19,473 nucleotides of DNA from a bacterium (GTDB lineage: Bacteria > Patescibacteriota > Minisyncoccia > Minisyncoccales > MHMH01): assembly GCA_030648815.1 (NCBI GenBank), contig JAUSHA010000029.1, positions 1 through 19,473 on the forward strand. The letters are read 5' to 3'. The notes under the pieces are model-generated. The model was given only the letters and a program-made list of their open reading frames with translations. It did not search any database and had not been told where the DNA came from. The translations under genes and the position numbers were made by a program. The first letter of the stretch is position 1, and each line of letters begins with the position of its first letter. This document shows, in pieces, positions 1-6,515 of this stretch.

Positions 1-1284
1 ATCTTTAATATCTATTTCTTCGAGAGTGACGCCTAAAGCTTCGCACAGTTTAATCGCATTATTTTTGGTGCGATCAGATGTGCCAAATCCGGGCATAGTC
101 AGGGCAATGATGTTTTTTCTGTCCCAGCCCAGCAGATCAAAAGTTTTTACCGCAGTAAGCAAAGCCAAGGCTGAGTCTAGACCGCCGGAAATGCCGATAA
201 GAAGTTTGCCGGCTGATCCGGTTTCCAATCTCTTGGCCAAGGCCGCCGTCTGGTCTGAAAAAATTTCTTGACATACATTATCTCTCTGCGATGGATCCAA
301 AGGTATAAAAGGATGCGCCGGCACCGCTCTTTTAAGCGGACTGCCAGTCGGTTCCGGCAAATCAAACTCCACCATCCTGAATTTTTTATTTCCCAACTCT
401 TGAGTATTATCGCCAAAACTTGTTATCTGTCTGCGGTCAAAAAGCAGTCTTTCAAAATCAATATCTTGAAAAACGAGCTGGCTTGATCTTGAAAACCTTT
501 CCGATTCGGCCAAGATTGCGCCGTTTTCGGCAATAATGCCGTGGCCGTCAAAAATTACATCAGTGGTTGATTCTCCGACGCCGCACGAACAGTAGGCATA
601 TGCTGATATGCACTTAGCTGATTGGCTCGAAACTAAGCTCCTCCGGTAATCCGCCTTGCCGATAATTGAATTGCTGGCCGAAAGATTCAAATGCAATGTC
701 GCGCCGGCCAAGGACTGATAAGCGCTTGGCGGAATAGGCACCCAAAGATCTTCGCAAATTTCCACGCCAACAACCATTTGCGGAAAATTAGCCGCCTTGA
801 AAAGAATATCCGTTCCAATCGGCACTGTCTTCCCAAAAAGTTTAATCCTTCTGGATCTAAGATTTTTTGCCGGAGAAAACCATCTTCTTTCATAAAATTC
901 TTTGTAAGTCGGTATGTAGCTCTTGGGCACAATCCCAAGAATCTTGCCTTGATGCATCATCACGCCGCAGTTGAACAACTGATTGTCGCAAATAATGGGC
1001 GCTCCGACAGCTATCAGTATTTCACAGTCTTTCGTTTCATTAAGAATTCTGCCCAACGCCTTTTGCGACGCTTCCAGTAAAACTTCCTGCTGAAAAAGAT
1101 CAGCTGCCGTATAGCTTGTCAGGCACAATTCCGGAAGCAACAAAACATCAACGTTGTTATTTTTAGCTTCCTCTATCAGCAAACAAATCTCTGTCGCGTT
1201 AAACTTAGGATCAGCCACCTTAACTTTCGGTATGGCTAAAGCCACTCTGGCGAAACTAAAATCTCGAGGCTTGTAACTTTTCAT
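1..1284 (-). CDS. nadE: Glutamine-dependent NAD+ synthetase, N-terminal part (CN-hydrolase glutaminase domain plus the start of the NAD synthase domain). The 3' end lies beyond the window start.
   Basis: ATG at 1284..1282 (rc) preceded by AAAGGAGA. The frame is open to position 1, so the ORF track (complete ORFs only) does not list it. My translation begins MKSYKPRDF...LLPELCLTSY...VEICEDLW (nitrilase/CN-hydrolase Glu-Lys-Cys triad region). It then reaches ...LLIGISGGLDSALALL..., the SGGxDS PP-loop of NAD synthetase. Confidence 0.88.
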   Translation of the reverse strand, partial: MKSYKPRDFSFARVALAIPKVKVADPKFNATEICLLIEEAKNNNVDVLLLPELCLTSYTAADLFQQEVLLEASQKALGRILNETKDCEILIAVGAPIICDNQLFNCGVMMHQGKILGIVPKSYIPTYKEFYERRWFSPAKNLRSRRIKLFGKTVPIGTDILFKAANFPQMVVGVEICEDLWVPIPPSAYQSLAGATLHLNLSASNSIIGKADYRRSLVSSQSAKCISAYAYCSCGVGESTTDVIFDGHGIIAENGAILAESERFSRSSQLVFQDIDFERLLFDRRQITSFGDNTQELGNKKFRMVEFDLPEPTGSPLKRAVPAHPFIPLDPSQRDNVCQEIFSDQTAALAKRLETGSAGKLLIGISGGLDSALALLTAVKTFDLLGWDRKNIIALTMPGFGTSDRTKNNAIKLCEALGVTLEEIDIKD

Positions 1285-1330
1285 GTTTCTCCTTTTTCTA
1301 TTATCAAAGTACGGTCGAAAAATTATAACA

Positions 1331-1360
1331 AAAAGCCCCGTTGTTGTCAACAGGGCTTTT
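1331..1360 (-). terminator. Rho-independent terminator ending the vWA/kinase operon.
   Basis: Hairpin AAAAGCCCCGTTG-TTGT-CAACAGGGCTTTT. On the minus-strand transcript it is followed by UUUUUGUUAUAAUUUUU. It lies immediately downstream of the 1367 stop. Confidence 0.7.
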
Positions 1361-1366
1361 ACATTT

Positions 1367-2230
1367 TTAAATCTTGGTTTGCTGGGTCTTCAGCAGGGTC
1401 GCTACCTCATTGGCCCGAGCTGCACCGCGAGTTGCGGCCAGACGAGCCAGATACTTATCAATATCGCCGAATTCCTTGGCGATGATGCCATGCACTACAT
1501 TGGTAAGCCGAAGGAAGTTGCTCCCCAATTCAATGAAATGATCATTCTCTTCCACCATTAATCTCTGCAGTCTTTTCATTGATACGTGTTCGCTGCAACC
1601 GATTACATAGAAAGCTTTGATTTTCTTTTTCAGGGCATCCAGCTCTATCTTCCAATCAACGCCATTCGGACACCCATTATCCCTCCCGGCATATCCTATT
1701 CCATGAGGAACGGAGTCAATCACGGCAAGCACAATTGTATTTGTATCTTGCAAATCCCATGTATTTATCTCCTTGATAGCGCACTCATATGCCTCGGGCT
1801 CGTCATCGCCGCCGGCATTCTCAATGCTATTCAGGTTATTTTTCAGGACTGCGGGATCGCCGGAAAAAGCTGTCGGCTGAAACCATAAACGCCCGTCGCA
1901 ATGATCGCTCACGCCCGTAAAGGAAAATTCTATCTTACCGGCTAATTCCGGAATAAGATCGACAATCTCTGCGCAGAGATATTCCGCCTTCTTTCTTAAA
2001 TTATCTATGTACTCCCTGGTACTTCCGCTTACATCCATTATCAGTAAGATATTCACTTTTCCCGTGGGTCGGGTAATCTTCACGACAACCGGACTCGCTT
2101 GAGCCGCTCTTCTTGTCGGTGGCGGGGTCGATCTTGCCGGTGGCGTGGACGGTGGCGCAGGCGTTGGTCGGAAAAATGACGATCCTCCGCCACTTGGTAC
2201 CCTCTTGTAGCTTTCGTCGCTGTAGCTCAT
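1367..2230 (-). CDS. von Willebrand factor A (vWA) domain protein with an N-terminal Pro/Thr/Ser-rich low-complexity segment.
   Basis: 287 aa ORF. ATG at 2230 is preceded by AAGGAGGG. MIDAS-type motif ILLIMDVSGST (DxSGS). Low-complexity PTPAPPSTPPARSTPPPTRR near the N-terminus. Last gene of the operon. Confidence 0.8.
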   Translation of the reverse strand: MSYSDESYKRVPSGGGSSFFRPTPAPPSTPPARSTPPPTRRAAQASPVVVKITRPTGKVNILLIMDVSGSTREYIDNLRKKAEYLCAEIVDLIPELAGKIEFSFTGVSDHCDGRLWFQPTAFSGDPAVLKNNLNSIENAGGDDEPEAYECAIKEINTWDLQDTNTIVLAVIDSVPHGIGYAGRDNGCPNGVDWKIELDALKKKIKAFYVIGCSEHVSMKRLQRLMVEENDHFIELGSNFLRLTNVVHGIIAKEFGDIDKYLARLAATRGAARANEVATLLKTQQTKI

Positions 2231-2257
2231 TGGTCCCTCCTTTTTATTTTTTGCACC

Positions 2258-3079
2258 CTATGTTTGGTGCGGTTGCCAATCTTGATTTACATAATTGGTC
2301 CGGATCTTGAAAAAAATATCCTGCATCTCGCCGGCTGATTTATAACGTTCCAGCGGATTTAATTTCATCGCTTTCATTATAGCCGCCGATAACTGCGAAT
2401 GAATCGCAGAATCAATTTCATGCGGCGCTTTTAGATCTTTATCCGATTTCAATTTAATCGCTTCCAGCGGTAAAACATTAGTCAAGGCATAGTAAGCAGT
2501 GGCTCCCAAGCTATAAAAGTCGCTGGCTGGCGTACAACATTCTCCGCGATACTGCTCGGGCGAAGCGAAGTACTTAGTGTAAGAAATCTTACCTCCGCCT
2601 TCGTTTTCGGCCACAGTAACTTTATTTTTAGCTATTCCGAAGTCAACCAATACGGCTCGGTGCTCTCCCAAATTAAGAATGATATTTCCCGGCTTAATAT
2701 CACGATGGACGATGTCCATACGATGCAAATAAGCTAAGCCGGCCAATATCCGATCTAAAATCCAACAAATAGCATCTTCGCTGAACGGCTTTTTCAAATC
2801 AATAAAATCCTGCATTGACTTGCCTCTAATGTAATCCATCACCAGAAAATAATGCCCCTGATATATAAAGAAATCCTTAACTGCCGGGAAAGAAGAATGT
2901 CTGATATGCCGATAAAGTATTTTTGCTTCTTCCAGGAATTGCTTTTCCGCTTCCGGACCTTTTAGGATCAATTCTTTAATAACAACCTCTTCCTGCAAAA
3001 GGATATGCTTGCCTAAATATATCCTACCCATACCTCCTTCTTTAAATGGCTTATCAAACTCATATTGATATATTCTCAA
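2258..3079 (-). CDS. Hanks-type Ser/Thr protein kinase, catalytic domain only.
   Basis: Motifs seen: Gly-loop FKEGGMGRIY, VVIKEL (VAIK Lys), HRDIKPGNIIL (HRDxKxxN), VDFGIAK (DFG), FASPEQ (APE). The start appears to be TTG at 3079 (the track lists it as M), with GGGAGGTGA nine nt upstream. It is in the same frame as the upstream phosphoesterase, separated by TGA plus two codons. Confidence 0.88.
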   Translation of the reverse strand: MRIYQYEFDKPFKEGGMGRIYLGKHILLQEEVVIKELILKGPEAEKQFLEEAKILYRHIRHSSFPAVKDFFIYQGHYFLVMDYIRGKSMQDFIDLKKPFSEDAICWILDRILAGLAYLHRMDIVHRDIKPGNIILNLGEHRAVLVDFGIAKNKVTVAENEGGGKISYTKYFASPEQYRGECCTPASDFYSLGATAYYALTNVLPLEAIKLKSDKDLKAPHEIDSAIHSQLSAAIMKAMKLNPLERYKSAGEMQDIFFKIRTNYVNQDWQPHQT

Positions 3080-3085
3080 AGTGCA

Positions 3086-3799
3086 TCACCTCCCTTCAAA
3101 TAATCGTTCGGCTAAAAAGACAGGCAGTCCAGCTTTCATTATTTTCTTAGCTGTCTTCTTAATATAGTAATCTATCCTAACCAGAGAAAATGTCAAACTG
3201 TCAGTATCCAGCAAGCCATAGCAAGCCGATGGATTCTTGTCTCTTGGTTGACCGACACTGCCGACATTTATGATATATCTCACGCTGTCTTTTAATTCTA
3301 CGCCGTCTTTAAACACGTCGCCATCGCTCGTAAAAATCGCAGGGTAATGCGAATGACCGACAAAACAAATCTTTTCCTGAAAACCGTTAAACTGACTTAA
3401 GGCTTCGATGGCGTTAAAAATATAATGGAATCTCCCTGGCTTAATGGGCGAGCCGTGAACCAACAGAATATCCGGCAATCTTACCGTAAAAGGCAGGCAA
3501 GCCAGATACTGCAGATTTTCCGATTTCAATAGAGCCTTCGTCCATAAAGCCGCTAGTTTGGCGGCCGGATTGAAATGCTCCAGCCATGAATCATCAACCA
3601 TCACATAATCGTGATTTCCGACGACAGTCTTAACGCCCATCTTTTTTATTCTTTCAACGCACTCATTCGGATTAGGGCCATAACCGACAATATCTCCCAG
3701 GCACAGAATTTCATCAACTCCATTTTTTTTAATGGATTTCAGAACACTCTTTAACGCTTCTAAATTTCCATGGATATCAGATATTACGGCGTAGCGCAT
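3086..3799 (-). CDS. Calcineurin-like metallophosphoesterase (PPP-type motifs). Probably the phosphatase partner of the adjacent kinase.
   Basis: 237 aa. Motifs ISDIHGN (GDxHG-like), LGDIVGYGP (GDxxxxG), GNHD (GNH[DE]), VGHSH. ATG at 3799 with AGGAGGG SD. Whether the substrate is a phosphoprotein or a phosphodiester cannot be told from the sequence. Confidence 0.78.
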   Translation of the reverse strand: MRYAVISDIHGNLEALKSVLKSIKKNGVDEILCLGDIVGYGPNPNECVERIKKMGVKTVVGNHDYVMVDDSWLEHFNPAAKLAALWTKALLKSENLQYLACLPFTVRLPDILLVHGSPIKPGRFHYIFNAIEALSQFNGFQEKICFVGHSHYPAIFTSDGDVFKDGVELKDSVRYIINVGSVGQPRDKNPSACYGLLDTDSLTFSLVRIDYYIKKTAKKIMKAGLPVFLAERLFEGR

Positions 3800-3821
3800 C
3801 TTTTCCCTCCTAAAAGAATTT

Positions 3822-3857
3822 AAAGGGACGCAATGGATTTTCCAAATGCGTCCCTTT
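3822..3857 (-). promoter_or_regulatory. Intra-operon stem-loop between the FHA gene and the phosphoesterase gene.
   Basis: AAAGGGACGCA-(14 nt loop)-TGCGTCCCTTT, an 11-bp perfect stem in the 62-nt gap. It is not followed by a U-tract on the minus transcript, so it is more likely an attenuator or processing/stability element than a full terminator. Confidence 0.45.
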
Positions 3858-3861
3858 CTTC

Positions 3862-4401
3862 TTAGACTACTTCAAAAATCACGTATCCCTCGCTGCCGCC
3901 AAAACGGAAACGAGAACCAACCAGAATCTCTTCTTCTTGATCTTTTAGAAGTTCCTTCCAATCAGTATTCTGCGGCTTAATCATTGTCTTAGCTCCGCCG
4001 ATGGCTCTAAGATACAGACGGCCCATTCTCCGGATGATAATCGCTTGCTTCCGGGAAACAGTATAGCCGACATCCTGGCCAATTTTCACTTTCTCGGCAA
4101 ACTTGGTCAGATCCACATCGGGTATTATGCCCTGGTCAAGATCTGTCCGGCCGATCGTAAATCCGAAATCATCTTTAGGAAGCTCGAATTCCCGGTCAAT
4201 AACATTACCTCCGACCACTAAACCGCAAGCCCTGCCAATAATACCGACTGCGCTCGCTGGAGTATGAGCTGCAGAAGAAGAAGCAATAATTGGAACACTT
4301 GCTCCCACTGTTACTTCTAACGGTTCACTGCAGACTTCGCACAAAATAGCTCCCGGCTTGTTATCTAAGCCGCAGTTATTGCACTTTATTTCTCCGGCCA
4401 T
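3862..4401 (-). CDS. Zinc-ribbon plus FHA (forkhead-associated) domain protein.
   Basis: N-terminal CNNCG...CEVCS (CxxC...CxxC). FHA-like core FTIGRTDLDQ...VSRKQAIIIRR...LVGSRFRFGG. ATG at 4401 with AAGGAG nine nt upstream, one nt after the vWA stop. The track's 4425 start is a TTG inside the upstream gene. Confidence 0.72.
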   Translation of the reverse strand: MAGEIKCNNCGLDNKPGAILCEVCSEPLEVTVGASVPIIASSSAAHTPASAVGIIGRACGLVVGGNVIDREFELPKDDFGFTIGRTDLDQGIIPDVDLTKFAEKVKIGQDVGYTVSRKQAIIIRRMGRLYLRAIGGAKTMIKPQNTDWKELLKDQEEEILVGSRFRFGGSEGYVIFEVV

Positions 4402-4402
4402 T

Positions 4403-5614
4403 TTACTTAGCTCCTTTCTTGCCAATTATGCCCTTGTTGGCTTCAGTCACCGTGACCGTCCTTAGGGTTCTTTTGGCATCCTCATCACTCTTGGCTAAGG
4501 TCTCCACTTTTTTGGCCATACCAGTATTCCCGGACGTCGTAAAAAGAGTTTGGGCCCTATTGTATTGCCCGGATAGGGTCGCTTTTGTCCCCTCGGTATT
4601 CAAAACCGTATTCCTTACTGTCTTATCAACCGGCGAGATCAGCTTTTCATCGGCTGTAAAGTTGACAACCACATTCATGGATTTGACTCCTGCGCCAGCA
4701 ACGCCCTGCCAGCTTAACGCAATAGTGGCTATTTTAAAATCGCCAACTGCTTTCCCGGCGTGAACTTTAGTCTTGATAAGATATGCCTGTCCGCGGACAT
4801 CAAGCCCGGGGAATTCGTCCTTAACAATCTTACCGGAAACCGGTAAAGCTAACTGCTGGGGAACATATTTAAACGCTTCCAAAATTTCAACGACCGGCTC
4901 TGCCGTAATACCAATTCTCACATCAAGATCTTGAACGCTTTTTAGATTTTCCATTTCATCTTCCAGGCGAAGCCTCATGGCACCAACTTGCTTAACGTGC
5001 TCAAAATATGAGCCGTGGCCGGCAACTTCTGCCATATTTTTAAGAAATTTCTCGTTGTAATCAATGCCCGTGCCGAAAACGGCAAATGGAATTCCGAGCC
5101 TATTAGCTTGGCGCGCTAACTCAAGGCAAGCTCTTTCTTCAGCAGCAGCTGACGGAGCATTAACGTTGCCGTCAGTGAAAATGATAATTTTGGGCAAAGA
5201 TCCGTCCATTGGTTTTACATCTTCCAGAGTGTATCTTAGGGGGTTCGAGAGATTAGTACTGCCGCCGGTGCGTACACCATCAATCAGTTTTTTTATTGCG
5301 TTAATATCTCCCACAATCGTCGGATCAAGTATTACCTTCATGGTGTCGTCAAAAACTACGATGCAAAGACGGTCCTTGCCCTGGCGCAAAAGACTCAAAG
5401 ACTCATTTACCGCGGCCTTCAGCGCCTGGATCCTTGTCAGCCCTCCGTCGGCCGGCTCATCCATGGAACCGGAACGGTCCAAAATCTTCCTAAGATCGAG
5501 CGCAAGATCAGCCGATTGCTTTTGGCTGTCTCGCAGCAAGCGAAGTAAAAAAATTACTTCGGCCTCATCCGTGATGGGTAAATACCGCTGACCCAATGTT
5601 AGTTCAACCTGCAT
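4403..5614 (-). CDS. vWA domain protein (~200 aa vWA plus ~200 aa C-terminal beta-rich domain of unknown type).
   Basis: 403 aa. MIDAS motifs LDRSGSMDE (DxSGS), GGSTNLSNPL, IIIFTDGNVN. Strong SD GAAGGAGGTG before ATG 5614. Confidence 0.8.
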   Translation of the reverse strand: MQVELTLGQRYLPITDEAEVIFLLRLLRDSQKQSADLALDLRKILDRSGSMDEPADGGLTRIQALKAAVNESLSLLRQGKDRLCIVVFDDTMKVILDPTIVGDINAIKKLIDGVRTGGSTNLSNPLRYTLEDVKPMDGSLPKIIIFTDGNVNAPSAAAEERACLELARQANRLGIPFAVFGTGIDYNEKFLKNMAEVAGHGSYFEHVKQVGAMRLRLEDEMENLKSVQDLDVRIGITAEPVVEILEAFKYVPQQLALPVSGKIVKDEFPGLDVRGQAYLIKTKVHAGKAVGDFKIATIALSWQGVAGAGVKSMNVVVNFTADEKLISPVDKTVRNTVLNTEGTKATLSGQYNRAQTLFTTSGNTGMAKKVETLAKSDEDAKRTLRTVTVTEANKGIIGKKGAK

Positions 5615-5653
5615 TTGGCACCTCCTTCTTTAATTGTCAAAAATCTCCTTTGA

Positions 5654-6286
5654 CTAAAAGACATTAACACACCGTCGAAGCATGTCAAGAACCGGGCAAA
5701 AATCGGATTCTTCTTTCAGGGCAATTTTATCTTCATCTAACACAATAACGCATTCTGAAAAAAAATTATTCCGGTATTCCGGCGACAAATAAATCTTCCT
5801 GAAAAACTTTCTAACTTTTTGCTTAGCCTTAGTTTCGTTATCATACTTTTCCAGAATATCTTCCATAATCTTGACGCCTTCTTCAAACGCCCGCAATTCT
5901 ATATATGGGCACTGCCTTTTGGCTGAAAGCCGCATAAACGGGCAATCAAGCCATTTTGTCAAATCTTCGTTCTCAAAAAAAATAATGTGGCCGAGCTCAT
6001 GGGCAAACTCAAATTCCTGACGAAATAAATCTGCTCTATCTTCCCCGGTCACCAAAAGCGTTTCCAAAGGAACCGAAATAATTTTCCAAAGGCGAGGTAT
6101 TCTCAATCTGCCTATTTCGTCAATCGTTAAGGGATTGATTACTCCCCACCAGCGAATGTTCGAAGAGGAATTGTGGGGAACGAAAAAAACATTCATTTTC
6201 ACGGCAAGCTCAATTAAGTCGGCAAAAATAAAATCCTTGTCTCTTAATCTGTCACGAGCAAATCTGTTAAACTGGCGATCATTCAT
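5654..6286 (-). CDS. HExxH zinc metallopeptidase-like protein (ImmA/IrrE / DUF955-like signature). First gene of the operon.
   Basis: 210 aa. FEFAHELGHIIF contains HExxH with the HELGH form typical of ImmA/IrrE-family peptidases. AAAGGAG SD before ATG 6286. Stop is 40 nt upstream of the vWA start. Confidence 0.55.
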   Translation of the reverse strand: MNDRQFNRFARDRLRDKDFIFADLIELAVKMNVFFVPHNSSSNIRWWGVINPLTIDEIGRLRIPRLWKIISVPLETLLVTGEDRADLFRQEFEFAHELGHIIFFENEDLTKWLDCPFMRLSAKRQCPYIELRAFEEGVKIMEDILEKYDNETKAKQKVRKFFRKIYLSPEYRNNFFSECVIVLDEDKIALKEESDFCPVLDMLRRCVNVF

Positions 6287-6515
6287 TTGTCAAAGAACTC
6301 CTTTCATAGGATAGAAAACATTAGCATTTCCTCATAAAAAAATCAATGTCTCAAAAACAATAATATAAAATCCTTACTATTCACAATATAATTTTAATGT
6401 GATAGCCTAATTTAGGTCAACGAGTTCGTTTAAAATTTAACTCGCCGAGGAGGAAAAAGAGAATGACTTAAAAAAAACGAGATGCCGCATTGGTTCTAAA
6501 AAAACAAAGGAGGTA
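6287..6515. promoter_or_regulatory. AT-rich divergent promoter region between the minus-strand signalling operon and the plus-strand MVP gene.
   Basis: 229-bp very AT-rich spacer holding both 5' ends. It contains AAAGGAGGT (6506..6514) and two tiny uORF-like ATG...stop units (ATGACTTAA; ATGCCGCATTGGTTCTAA). Exact -35/-10 boxes are not assignable by eye. Confidence 0.4.

Noticed and set aside
26-1080. Plus-strand ORFs from the track (26..271, 268..486, 691..1080).
   Set aside because: They are antisense shadow ORFs inside the clearly homologous minus-strand nadE coding region.
3080-3088. The phosphoesterase and kinase ORFs are in the same frame, separated only by TGA plus two codons. I considered UGA recoding (genetic code 25, UGA=Gly) or a readthrough fusion.
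   Set aside because: Several other genes in the window terminate with TGA, and the long homologous ORFs elsewhere are unbroken, so the standard code applies. A TTG start with a good SD (GGGAGGTGA) explains the kinase start. Same-frame placement has a 1/3 chance by coincidence.
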